Shown in pieces: positions 10,311-23,187 of a stretch of 64,000 nucleotides of DNA. The stretch covers positions 3,782,001 to 3,846,000 of the forward strand of contig NC_134031.1 of the NCBI RefSeq assembly GCF_964204645.1, read 5' to 3'. Below the pieces are notes generated by a model. The model was not told where the DNA came from and ran no database searches. It saw only the letters and a list, made by a program, of their open reading frames with translations. A program made the position numbers and the translations under genes. Numbering within the stretch: the first letter of the stretch is position 1; each line of letters begins with the position of its first letter. This stretch comes from Tubulanus polymorphus. Its lineage: Eukaryota; Animalia; Nemertea.

Positions 10311-13300
10311 ATTGTGAAGGATCTGTGGTAGGCTCCTTCGAGCCTGTGGTTATCCTCCTCGTTGTTTCTCATTTCGTTACTCAGTTAACGCGTTGAATTA
10401 GTAATTAATAATTAATGTCACATGTCACTGTCACACAATTGTCTCTATAGAAAACTTTCACTTTACCTCAGCACTTCACTAAGTTCACTGGGCTGAGGCT
10501 GGACAGAGATAATTACCGAATTATTTAAATTTTCTTAGGATATTTGAACGATTCTGACAATAATTGACTGGAGGGACACGTATTTGATAAAAGACTGCAG
10601 CTCCATTCCTGATACATTCAACTGATGCAAAAACACAGCAAATTATGACAAAATATAATTGTTTAACTCCATAAAAATACTTTTATTCCGCAAATCTGTA
10701 TATTTTATGCACAACATCACATACATACTGTGTGACCACCAATGATTGTCCGGTCCAGACAGGTTTGAAAATATGAAAGCCCCGTCCAGGCGACAAATAT
10801 AAACAAATCGGAATGCTAAAACATAGAGTTCTCCGCGTAGTAAAATTCAAATGAAAATTTCCTTTTGAAATGTGTCATGAAGACTGGTACTTTCGGTCGA
10901 CGAAATATCGACGCATATTCTAGTAACTTAAATCCCTCTTAAGAAGTTTAAAATAAAAAAATACTCTCGTCTAAGATACATCGAAAGCAGTTACCAGGTG
11001 TATTCATAACGTTGATACTTCTTTACGATCAGTTTTCAGAAAAATACAATATTTCTAACGTACAAAAATACGGAATACTTGTGGCAATCTTTTCCGAAGG
11101 GAATAAATAGCATAATTTTCATTATCTCGCAGTGCGTCACAACCAACAACGTATCGCCTGTAGGCGGCGCATTCAACCAATTGTTTTCGGTAGAAAAATA
11201 TTATCATGGAATGTCAAAAAGGAAACGAACACGCGTCTGTCGATACTGATGTTTGACAAAATATCGGAATAAACGATGAGCATACGATTGGTGGAATTTT
11301 CTGAGCACAACCCAGTTGTAAAATGTCTGCTTTCATACACAACCTAGTTCTCTTTGGAAATCTAACGCAAGAAGGAACCGAAGGAAAAATATCATTGTCT
11401 CGTAGAGATTCATCCCATTACAGTGTGTTTATAATACGTCTGCTCTTTTCAGAATTAATGCAGCCTGGAATCACCCATCCAGCAATATATCATTAATCAT
11501 CAGGTATAATATTTAAAAAGTTTGTTATTCATTTCTACAGTGGGCTTGACTTAAATGCCCTTCTATACATAGATTATTTCATAATATTATACCTGATGAG
11601 GCTTGAGTGACATCAGCGAAATCGATTGTGCTGTAACGTACTATTTTCAAAGATTTTCAAAGAATTTTGTTATTGTTGTGATTCTGCTGCGGATTTATAG
11701 ATCATTTTACTTTCTACAATGTGCTGGCTGACTCAATGTCTGGCAATTTGTATGGTCATTTTTAAATTACAAATCTCTCACGCGAAGTCCTGAACGCAAG
11801 TGAAGCGTGGACGATCAAAAATTGGAAGAATGGTGATGTAATATTGAATATCTAAGAGGCTATGATCCGAGCTGCAGATTGACACCTGCATTAACGAGAG
11901 ATGAATCCAAGCCACAAGAAATATTGGTATTTCCACTGAAGATTTCGAAAAAAAACAAAAAAACAAACGGAAAACATTTCTCCGGTCTTAGCGCGTAAAT
12001 ACTCATGTACCGTACAGAAAATAATAGTAAATAGACAGCTAGAGACTAAATGAGAAAAACGCAGATAAAAATGCAAATGATGTACATATATACGCTTACA
12101 TAATAATAGTAGACAGAAGAGGTATACATCGTAAATACAGGAAATACAATAAATGAATGAATAACTAAAAGTAAAATCACCCATAACGTACATAAAATGG
12201 TTGATAGATTTCATTAATTTCCTAAGTAACGCCACGTAATCGTTTTTGTTAACTTCAATTTTGCTATTCACGTCTTGATTCGACATGTCGAACACGAAAA
12301 TATGGAAACGAATTTCGAACAAAAAAAAAAAAAAATGCGACACGAATGCGCCGTACCTTCTACCGAGAGGTCGCCCGTCGACCTACTTCATGCACCGGAC
12401 CGTCACAAATTTGAACCAAATGATTTGCATGTAAAACCGTTAAAAAACGTTTCGTAAAATTCAACCGATTATAATCCGTATCAATAAATCCAACACCCGC
12501 GATTAAATTACCCTAAAAAATCACGTAAAATTCATCTTCAACCGTTAACAAATAAACAAGTATTTTTTCCCCGCAAGTAAATGCCTACTTAAAAGATTGC
12601 AAAGACGGTACGTTTGTATAATCTGTACATTTAAAGTTTTAATTTGAATAAATGAACTATGATTTTTTTTCGCATGAATTTCATTAAATGCATGATTAGA
12701 GACTTTTCACGAGTAAAAAAGAAAAAAAAATCGGAATTTCATTGATTTCAATCGAATCTCCCTGTATACTACATAATACGAAATGCATATCTAAACCTCG
12801 AAGACACAATGTTTGTATTCATATCTCTGAAGAACACGGCTGCATTAAGAACGTTCCCTGAGTGTCGAAATACACAGTAACTAGATGTCCTAGTTGCGAG
12901 ACAGGGGAGCGACCTAAGCATCGAAGATGAGACGAAGTGGCTGCCAATAACATCTGCTGAGGCTAGTCTCCGAGAATGATTTCACTAGGTCCGAGTCGAC
13001 TAGCTGTTGGTGACTTTACGCTAGGCGTTTGAATGGCCCAGCAAACCAATAGCGACTAAACCTAAATCGGGAGCGTTAGATAATGGTATCAACCTCAAGA
13101 GAGTTGAATTGAATTCAAATACCCTTCAATTATTAGTTTTTACAGAGTAAAGCAGACTCAAGTTCAAGTCGGATATTTGTCAAAATATCTTTCCGACCCT
13201 ATATATGACCACCCAATTAGCCTATATCGCTCGACAGAAATACCCAACTTGAGCGGAGTCTACCGCAATACTCAATGACGACGTTCTCATCAAACAATTC

Positions 13301-14498
13301 AATTTTCGACTACAGCCTCGCGAAAATGAAATGATAAATACTGGTACTTTTTTCACAACACGCCGTTTGAGGGAAAATTCATTCGTTATACGCAAAATAA
13401 ATCAAGCGTCAATGAGACATATTTTAATATTCTTTATACAAATATCGATAACATATACTGGTATATAATCATACATAATATCCATAATACATATGTTTAT
13501 ATCAGAATATATGTCATCATTTACTTACGAAACTATAATATTTGATTAGCCGTTTATTTACAACTGATTTTTTCAACTGATTTTCATTCACAGTTAGTTA
13601 TGATTCCATTTTTGTTTTTGATTTCATTCATTTTTTGAACGTAGTACATATACGTCGTGTAATTCGCCTAAACGCGAGATATCTCGTATTTCTAGTTTCG
13701 CGACATCATTGCCGCTATCAGTCGTCTCAAACGTCTAGTTATGTCGCCATACCCACTTCCGAGATATTGTGTATTGTGGTACTGCTAGCCACATTCGCCA
13801 CTTTGAGATATCTCATTTATCTCATGCCACGTTAGTTGTCACTACTGCTATGCTAGTTACCGGCTGGCTATCTTATCACGCGGACGATTTGGCCTGGGTC
13901 AAAATGGTCCCGAGAAGACCGGCGTTTTGAGCATTTATACCGAAATGACTCGTCGTTGCTAAAACGCGAGCTGAACCATGCTATGGCAAGCGAGGTGAGT
14001 CAACAACAATCTAAAATCTACCAATTAGAATAGCCAACAGAAGAATCCTGAACCAGCATTAACATTCAGTAATTTGACCCGTGCTTTTTGGCCCAGACCC
14101 GGTCAACCAGGCACCATAGCAAAAGGTCGGCCTAGGTGATCGCGACTTAATTTGTAATGTGATCGCGACTTAAATTGTAATTAGTAGTAGCAACCGGGAC
14201 GAATGATTGTGGCATTGAATGTGAAATAAGAAATTAATAGCCAGCAACTAGACGTACCAATTCGTGCCGACCCAAATGCTACATGCGTACTAGATGCAAA
14301 TACCGACGCGCAAAAACATAATTATATCTAACAACGAAATATGGTGTGGGAAAAGGTTAGAAAATAGATTTCTCGATGCATCGCATCGACGATGAAAGTA
14401 GCAGACTAACGGATGGAATGATCAGATAACGAAGCGGATGACGATGCACATTTCTGCAGATAAATGCAGTTTAAGAATCGAGACACAAAATCTTTTTT
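10147..14498. repeat. Tandem segmental duplication, copy 1 (distal copy of the Pax 3'UTR/terminator region)
   Basis: Near-identical to 14499-19014 throughout; junction tctttttt|gctttttatgattcg. Confidence 0.95.
10261..10423 (-). mobile_element. Copy-1-specific insertion: probable 5'-truncated LINE/SINE 3' end with (ATG)n tail and stem-loop
   Basis: Absent from copy 2 (ccactac|atgtcactg). (CAT)~17 at one end; hairpin aggctc-cttc-gagcct at 10330-10345. Confidence 0.6.
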
Positions 14499-14635
14499 GC
14501 TTTTTATGATTCGTTGCTGTTTTTAGAATACACCTAGAGAAAGGAATAATTCAACTGCCAGAGCGGTTTTATCTTCATCACAAATCACAATTGACCCCAG
14601 AATCCACTACATGTCACTGTCACACAATTGTCTCT

Positions 14636-14880
14636 GAGGAGAGAATCCCACAATGATAATAAAAAGTCCGAAAATGAAACTTCGAGATACCGGTAGTAGT
14701 TTATTTCAACGTTTCGACTATATCCTAATAGTCATCTTCAGGAATAATCTTAGGATATAGTCGAAACGTTGAAATAAACTACTACCGGTATCTCGAAGTT
14801 TCATTTTCGGACTTTTTATTATCATTGTGGGATTCTCTCCTCATCGCGTCAACACGGATATAGTGTTCTACCAATCGTGA
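14636..14880 (-). mobile_element. Copy-2-specific 245-bp Penelope-like fold-back element with hammerhead core
   Basis: Perfect 94-bp inverted arms (14635-14728 / 14750-14843) plus a 37-nt tail. TSD caattgtctct / caattttctct. Minus strand reads ttattc-CTGAAGA-t-GACTA-ttaggata-TAGTC-GAAAC-GTT-gaaataa. Empty site present in copy 1. Confidence 0.8.
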
Positions 14881-15126
14881 CAATTTTCTCTATAGAAAAC
14901 TTTCACTTTAACTCAGCACTTCACTAAGTTCACTGGGCTGAGGCTGGACAGAGATAATTACCGAATCATTTAAATTTTCTTAGGATATTTGAACGATTCT
15001 GACAATAATTGACTGGAGGGACACGTATTTGAAAAAATACTGCAGCTCCATTCCTGATACATTCAACTGATGCAAAAACACAGCAAATTATGACAAAATA
15101 TAATTGTTTAACTCCATAAAAATACT

Positions 15127-15132
15127 TTTATT
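15127..15132 (-). terminator. Candidate Pax poly(A) signal (AATAAA with downstream GT/T-rich element); duplicated at 10682-10687
   Basis: Minus strand: cggAATAAAagtatttttatggagttaaacaattatattttgtcataatttgctgtgtttttg. Confidence 0.5.
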
Positions 15133-18100
15133 CCGCAAATCTGTATATTTTATGCACAACATCACATACATACTGTGTGACCACCAATGATTGTCCGGTC
15201 CAGACAGGTTTGAAAATATGAAAGCCCCGTCCAGGCGACAAATATAAACGAATCAGAATGCTAAAACATAGAGTTCTCCGCGTAGTAAAATTCAAATGAA
15301 AATTTCCTTTTGAAATGTGTCATGAAGACTGGTACTTTCGGTTGACGAAATATCGACGCATATTCTAGTAACTTAAATCCCTCTTAAGAAGTTTAAAATG
15401 AAAAAATACTCCCGTCTAAGATACATCGAAAGCAGTTACCAGGTGTATTCATACCGTTGATAATTCTTTACGATCAGTTTTCAGAAAAATACAATATTTC
15501 TAACGTACAAAAATACGGAATACTTGTGGCAATCTTTTCCGAAGGGAATAAATAGCATAATTTTCATTATCTCGCAGTGCGTCACAACCAACAACGTATC
15601 GCCTGTAGGCGGCGCATTCAACCAATTGTTTTCGGTAGAAAAATATTATCATGGAATGTCAAAAGGGAAACGAACACACGTCTGTCGATACTGATGTTTG
15701 ACAAAATATCGGAATAAACGATGAGCATACGATTGGTGGAATTTTCTGAGCACAACCCAGTTGTAAAATGTCTGCTTTCATACACAACCTAGTTCTCTTT
15801 GGAAATCTAACGCAAGAAGGAACCGAAGGAAAAATATCATTGTCTCGTAGAGATTCATCCCATTACAGTGTGTTTATAATATGTCTGCTCTTTTCAGAAT
15901 TAATGCAGCCTGGAATCACCCATCCAGCAATATATCATTAATCATCAGGTATAATATTTAGAAAGTTTGTTATTCATTTCTACAGTGGGCTTGACTTAAA
16001 TGCCCTTCTTTACATAGATTATTTCATAATATTATACCTGATGAGGCTTGAGTGACATCAGCGAAATCGATTGTGCTGTAACGTACTATTTTCAAAGATT
16101 TTCAAAGAATTTTGTTATTGTTGTGATTCTGCTGCGGATTTATAGATCATTTTACTTTCTACAATGTGCTGGCTGACTTAATGTCTGGCAATTTGTATGG
16201 TCATTTTTAATTACAAATCTCTCAGGCAAAGTCCTGAACGCAAGTGAAGCGTGGACGATCAAAAATTGGAAGAATGGTGATGTAATATTGAATATCTAAG
16301 AGGCTATGATCAGAGCTGCAGATTGACACCTGCATTAACAAGAGATGAATCCAAGCCACAAGAAATATTGGTATTTCCACTGAAGATTTCGAAAAAAAAA
16401 AAACAAACGAAAAACATTTCTCCGGTCTTAGCGCGTAAATACTCGTGTACCGTACAGAAAATAATAGTAAATAGACAGCTAGAGACTAAATGAGAAAAAC
16501 GCAGATAAAAATGCAAATGATGTACATATATACGCTTACATAATAATAGTAGACAGAAGAGGTATACATCGTAAATACAGGAAATACAATAAATGAATGA
16601 ATAACTAAAAGTAAAATCACCCATAACGTACATCAAATGGTTGATAGATTTCATTAATTTCCTAAGTAACGCCACGTAATCGTTTTTGTTAACTTCAATT
16701 TTGCTATTCACGTCTTGATTTGACATGTCGAACACGAAAATATGGAAACGAATTTCGAACAAAAAAAAAAAAATGCGACACGAATGCGCCGTACCTTCTA
16801 CCGAGAGGTCGCACGTCGACCTACTTCATGCACCGGACCGTCACAAATTTGAACCAAATGATTTGCATGTAAAACCGTTAAAAAACGTTTCGTAAAATTC
16901 AACCGATTATAATCCGTATCAATAAATCCAACACCCGCGATTAAATTACCCTAAAAAATCACGTAAAATTCATCTTCAACCGTTAACAAATAAACAAGTA
17001 TTTTTTCCCCGCAAGTAAATGCCTACTTAAAAGATTGCAAAGACGGTACGTTTGTATAATCTGTACATTTAAAGTTTTAATTTGAATAAATGAACTATGA
17101 TTTTTTTTCGCATGAATTTCATTAAATGCATGATTAGAGACTTTTCACGAGTAAAAAAGAAAAAAAAATCGGAATTTCATTGATTTCAATCAAATCTCCC
17201 TGTACACTACATAATACGAAATGCATATCTAGAAAAAAGCTTCATATACCGGTACTGGAATGGAAAATACAGAATCATTGGAATGAATACAAAAATTCAT
17301 AACCAAAACCTCGAAGACACAATGTTTGTATTCATATCTCTGAAGAACACGGCTGCATTAAGAACGTTCCCTGAGTGTCGAAATACACAGTAACTAGATG
17401 TCCTAGTTGCGAGACAGGGGAGCGACCTAAGCATCGAAGATGAGACGAAATGGCTGCCAATAACATCTGCTGAGGCTAGTCTCCGAGAATGATTTCACTA
17501 GGTCCGAGTCGACTAGCTGTTGGTGACTTTACGCTAGGCGTTTGAATGGCCCAGCAAACCGATAGCGACTAAACCTAAATCGGGAGCATTAGATAATGAT
17601 ATCAACCTCAAGAGAGTTGAATTGAATTCAAATACCCTTCAATTATTAGTTTTACTGAGTAAAGTAGACTCAAGTTCAAGTCGGATATTTGTCGAAATAT
17701 CTTTCCGACTCTATATATGACCACCCAATTAGTCTATATCGCTCGACAGAAATATCCAACTCGAGCGGAGTCTACCGCAATACTCAATGACGTTCTCATC
17801 AAACAATTCAATTTTCGACTACAGCCTCGCGAAAATGAAATGATAAATACTGGTACTTTTTTCACAACACGCCGTTTGAGGGAAAATTCATTCGTTATAC
17901 GCAAAATAAATCAAGCGTCAATGAGACATATTTTAATATTCTTTATACAAATATCGATAACATATACTGGTATATAATCATACATAATATCCATAATACA
18001 TATGTTTATATCAGAATATATGTCATCATTTACTTACGAAACTATAATATTTGATTAGCCGTTTATTTACAACTGATTTTTTCAACTGATTTTCATTCAC

Positions 18101-19138
18101 AGTTAGTTATGATTCCATTGTTGTTTTTGATTTCATCCATTTTTGAACGTAGTACATATACGTCGTGTAATTCGCCTAAACGCGAGATATCTCGTATTTC
18201 TAGTTTCGCGACATCATTGCCGCTATCAGTCGTCTCAAACGTCTGGTTATGTCGCCATACCCACTTCCGAGATATTGTGTATTGTTGTACTGCTAGTGCC
18301 ACCATCGCCACTTTGAGATATCTCATTTATCCCATGCCACGTTAGTTGTCACTACTGCTATGCTAGTTACCACTGGCTATCTTAAAGCCATGATCACGCG
18401 GACGATTTGGCCTGGGTCAAAATGGTCCCGAGAAGACCGGCGTTTTGAGCATTTACACTGAAATGACTCGTCATTGCTAAAACGTGAGCTGAACCATGCT
18501 ATGGCAAGCGAGGTGAGTCAACAACAATCTAAAATCTACCAATTAGAATAGCCAACAGAAGAATCCTGAACCAGCATTAACATTCAGTAATTTGACCCGT
18601 GCTTTTTGGCCCAGACCCGGTCAACCAGGCACCATAGCAAAAGGTCGGCCTAGGTGATCGCGACTTAATTTGTAATGTGATCGCGACTTAAATTGTAATT
18701 AGTAGTAGCAACCGGGACGAATGATTGTGGCATTGAATGTGAAATAAGAAATTAATAGCCAGCAACTAGACGTACCAATTCGTGCTGACCCAAATGCCAC
18801 ATGCGTACTAGATGCAAATACCGACGCAAAAACATAATTATATTTAACAACGAAATATGGTGTGGGAAAAGGTTAGAAAATAGATTTCTCGATGCATCGC
18901 ATCGACGATGAAAGTAGCAGACAAACGGATGGAATGATCAGATAACGAAGCGGATGACGATGCACATTTCTGCAGATAAATGCAGTTTAAGAATCGAGAC
19001 ACGAAATCTTTTTTAAAACAATGTTTCGTTAAAAGAGAAAATACTTTAAAGCCTGTGTCCGCGGTGACGCGACGAGGAGGGGACGAATGAACGAACGAAA
19101 AATATATTTCGAGAGATGTAGCGATATTGACGCGTCGC

Positions 19139-20505
19139 CTAGCTCGACGTCGACAACATCATCGCTTGCTTATTCTGCAGCAACTCGGCTAAAATCGGCA
19201 TGCACGACTTATCCTCGTCGACGAACGACTTTTCGCGCGTCACATTCTCGTTTGAGTCCTTAATCGATTCGGTGACTTTCGAAATGGCGACGACGACCTC
19301 GTCGGCGAGCACTTCGTTCTCGACGTTTTCCGAGTTCTCGAATTCCGATGAATTGTCGAGTTTGTTATCGGTTTCGTCGAGCGACTCGTCGATGCAGAGC
19401 GCATCGGCGCTGCTGTCCAACTCCGTCTGCCGATTCGGTTCGACTCGCGACCGTTTGGCGGCGCCGATTTCTTCCGCGTTGTTTTCTAATTTACGCTTTT
19501 TCGACGACGAATTCTCGTCGTCTGCCGATGTAGCCGATTCGTCTTTCAAATCCGGCAACGATTCCGTAACGGCCATTTCGTCGACGTCGTTGCGAATCGT
19601 TTCGACGGCAGCAGTAACCGCGTTATCTTCGTCGATCGAGCGCGTTTTACTTTGCGAAGATTCGTTTTCCGCCGATTTCAAAAACGTCGGTATCTTCAAC
19701 ACGGGACTCGGCTGCTTCGCGTTATTTTCCGCCTTGCTCGTTTTCGCCGACGATTTCACGGCCGTCGTCGTCGATTTCGACGAATTTTTCCCCTGCTTCG
19801 GTTTACCGCGTAGAAACAACTCCAACACGCTGATCAGATCGGCGTCGTTCTTTAGCACCCACTGTCCGGTTCCCGTGTTCACGATATCGTAGTTCGAACC
19901 GAATAAGAAAATCGTGTTCGCCTGCGGCGTTTGATCGTTCGAACTGTACGCGACGACGCTGTCCACTTCATCAAGGTAGTTTCCTGCGTTTGATACCGAG
20001 TTGCCGAACGGAGGCACCTGATCGGGTAATACTGAAGATTTGTGTCCGTTACAAGCAGCAGCAGCAGTAGTTTTCGACGACGACGAAATTCTCTCCAAAG
20101 CCGGCGACATGATTTTATGCGGCGTGCCTTTACGCGGTTTTCGCGCGGTCGTGCCGCCGACTTGCTGCGATGTGTCGCTAGCCGGAGATTGCGACTCGCG
20201 TTCCGACGATTCGCTGTCCGAGTTCAGCAGACGACGCGTAACCGGACTGTGTAAAGACGACGACCCGCTCGTGCGTAGCGCTTGCTGTAAAATCGACACC
20301 TCCGTCACTTTCAGACCGTCGACGCGATCTTCGCTGGCAGCGTCCGCGGTCGGAGAATTCGCCGACGAATTGTTCGCGTCCTCGTCGTCGTGTTCGCCGG
20401 GGAAACACAGCGGCAGTGTCATGTGATGATTTCTCTGTTTACTGGGTGAATCGCGCGAGGATGGCGACAACGGTTCGCACTTAACTGCAACGCGCTGCGA
20501 TGAAC
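19139..20505 (-). CDS. Pax-beta: Pax-beta last coding exon (long Ser/acidic-rich C-terminal region)
   Basis: ttttttacttcag acceptor, phase 1, open to TAG at 19139. Contains VKCE, the IFLFGSNYDIV..GQWVLKND block, KKRKLE/KRSR basic motifs and a terminal ILAELL. Confidence 0.88.
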
Positions 20506-20866
20506 CTGAAGTAAAAAATTCATACATCATAAATAATAATCAACATTTTGGCAGATACAGTAGACTCCGCTCAAGTCGGATCTTTTGAGACCGTAAAGAA
20601 GACTGACAATATTGAAGATTACCAAATAGTCAATGATCTATGGATCTTCCAGAGATTCATTTAAAATTATTCATCTAACTATCTAATATAGCTGATCATT
20701 CATTTCAAACAAATAGAAGGATTCTACCTAAAACATTTCATTTATAAATCTTCGATATTGTGGGAAAACATCAGATTCATCAGTTTCCACTGAATCTCGT
20801 AACAGAATTTCACCATTAACTGATAGAACGATCACATTTCACGAGTGAAATAAACGGTTAACTTAC

Positions 20867-21005
20867 AGTCGTCCTTGTATAGGGAGTCGATTGACATCGG
20901 ATCGCCGCCAGACGCGACCATCAGTCCTTTCAGATCCATAGCTAACATCGTACTGTCTAAACCATTCGGGTTCTCGTAATTACCATTCAGACCATTGTTC
21001 ATCGT
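20867..21005 (-). CDS. Pax-beta: Pax-beta coding exon 5 (TMNNGLNGNYENPNG...DSLYKDD)
   Basis: ctttttcttgcag acceptor, T|gtaagt donor, 139 nt, phase 0-1; exactly bridges the frames of the flanking exons. Not in the ORF track. Confidence 0.85.
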
Positions 21006-21493
21006 CTGCAAGAAAAAGATTTTTGTTAACGAATCTGAATTTTGCTAAAATAATCGTTAAAAAGAAATACTACTAACAATTAGTAATCTAAATAGTAGGA
21101 ATCAGGTTGAGGAATTCCAGTTGTAAGTTTACATTTTACTCTATGAAAATAAACTAATTTCGACTGGAATCATATCTAACTCCTGAGTAGTGGCCACTTT
21201 CCAGCCATTTACAGAATCCCTGACTTATCATCATAGAAAATTCCTTGAATGAATTTGCGGCAGGTGAATGGAGAAATTTCAAGGTTTAAAATTTTACAAT
21301 TTATTCATTATTTATAAATCAAGTACTGATAAAGAAACGCATGTTCAATAGCATATCCAAAATCCATGAATTTTCCAGATGTTTTTGCAAATATGTCAAA
21401 TTCCCTGAATTTTCCATGATGTTTCGGATTCCCCGAGTTTTCCAGATCGGTGGCCTGTTGTTCAATAGTTAAGCTTTCCGTATTTGAACTTAC

Positions 21494-21623
21494 GTCTTCG
21501 AAACTGCCGCGCGAGAACGGGTCGTATCCGCGGCGCTGTACGATCGATTTGTCTCGAATGATCCGATTGATCGAACTGATGCTCGGTATGTTCTTCTCCG
21601 TACAAATTCCCTCTTCTAATAAC
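21494..21623 (-). CDS. Pax-beta: Pax-beta coding exon 4 (end of paired domain LLEEGICTEKNIPSISSINRIIRDK)
   Basis: ttttaag acceptor, GAC|gtaagt donor; paired RED-subdomain motif PSISSINRIIR. Confidence 0.95.
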
Positions 21624-22165
21624 CTTAAAACGAAACACATCGATATAGGTCATTCTAACGTCACAGTCATACAAATACATGTTTAATCTAAAACAGATCA
21701 GGTATAGAGTATGTAATATCCGGGGTCTGCGGTTTTATAGACTGGGCATTGAGGCCTTAAAACATAATATTGAAGTCTCAAAATAATATTGCTAGAATGA
21801 TGCGTTTAATGAATGAATTCATTTCGCATTACGAAGTTACATCATATGATAATGAAATTTACAAGGTTTCATAAGGTTTTTTCGGACAATATAGTGGGAA
21901 AAGACCATTGAAAGTTAGGGGAAAAACTAGTCAAAGAAGTTAATCTTAAATCTATGCACCAGATATTAATGATTTCTTCTTTTCTATATAGTAAAACGAT
22001 CAGAGCTTTTATCTTAATCATTTCAACCTTTTCATGAAACTGAACCAAGTTCAGAAAATATCTATTCTATCGAATACAAGATTATGCTGCCACCTAGTGA
22101 CATCACTAACCACTAAATGCTTGTGAAAATGATATCATCTGCCTACACGTAAAAACGCTACTAAC

Positions 22166-22303
22166 CTTTGACGAATTTCCCACGCAAACATCTGCGGATT
22201 CTCCGCCTTGTAATCTTTCACTTTCGTGACGACCTCCGATGTAGTAACTTTAGGCTTGCTACCGCCGATCTGTCCGGGATTTATGTTACCGGTTCTACGG
22301 TAT
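22166..22303 (-). CDS. Pax-beta: Pax-beta coding exon 3 ([25 protein letters not shown]...[11 protein letters not shown])
   Basis: ttttctag acceptor, AG|gttagt donor, phase 2-2; paired-domain linker GGSKPKV and MFAWEIR. Confidence 0.96.
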
Positions 22304-23187
22304 CTAGAAAAGTTCAAGGCGAACATGGGATAAGTCTCTTTTTATTCACGCGATACACCACAACAACCGCCGAGCAGCGCCGCACGACGTTGACACGACT
22401 TTCATTGAGTTTCCGCCCAATAAGACGACGACAAGCGAGAGATACCGCCGTGTAAAATGACAATTGAATGAACCGAACTATCCCCCCTCGAGGAATCCAA
22501 AACCTTGGTACAATTTCAGTACGATCCAGTTACGAACGCAAAAAAAAAAACGCTCGAAGCATTTCTTCTAGGAAGGATAACAAAGTTATTCATCGATACA
22601 ATGTAAAAGAACTGAATACAAAATCTTTCGACGGGCATTTTTCTGCGGATCACAAGGTTATAAGTTCACTAGTCAGTAAGTTTCTATCACAGGTTACTGA
22701 TTCTGGTATTCATCAAAGAGAACAACAAAGGAGTGCGATTTAATCGGAATCGAAAATTTAGTATATCATCATTAATAAGCTTATTTCAATAGAAATGTTC
22801 CAAGTAGGAAGCTTTTCTCATTTTCTCATATGTTTCGTGGGATCTTACCGTACCTGGTAACAGGTGGGATTACTATGAAAATTAGAGTCGATTTTTACTA
22901 GTCGACTTTAACTTAGTTTAGACACAAATGAAAAGTGTACAAATATGAATATAACCAATACAAAAAAGTCGATATGTACAAAATCATGTTCATCAGGAGT
23001 GTTTTATCAAGATTACTGAGAATTCATTAGACTAGGACTGATATTCAGGACACAACTCAAAAGCGACCTTGTCAAGGTCACTTTTTATTTAAGTTGAATA
23101 GCTAGAATTTTCGATTGTCATCGAACACCTGGAACGAACACCTGTACGAATAGAAAAACCGATAACGCGCTCCTCGTTTCCGCTCAC

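Larger units (their letters stand above)
14499..19014. repeat. Tandem segmental duplication, copy 2 (proximal; probable functional Pax 3'UTR)
   Basis: Ends 124 nt from the Pax stop codon. Differs from copy 1 by scattered substitutions, a 75-bp segment (17231-17305), a 9-bp segment (~18384-18392) and copy-specific insertions. Confidence 0.95.

Noticed and set aside
11891-12343. 150-aa hydrophobic ORF (and its twin at 16310-16762)
   Set aside because: Lies in AT-rich 3'UTR. The two copies differ in frame at poly-A tracts, so their termini differ. The composition (F/Y/L/I/C) reflects T-richness and it has no recognisable homology.
19200-20426. Plus-strand ORFs of 230 aa and 128 aa
   Set aside because: Antisense shadows of the GC-rich Pax last exon; Ser-rich with no domain features.
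19139-21493. Homeodomain or octapeptide in the Pax protein
   Set aside because: No WFxNRR-type or HSIxGILG-type motif in the reconstructed exons.
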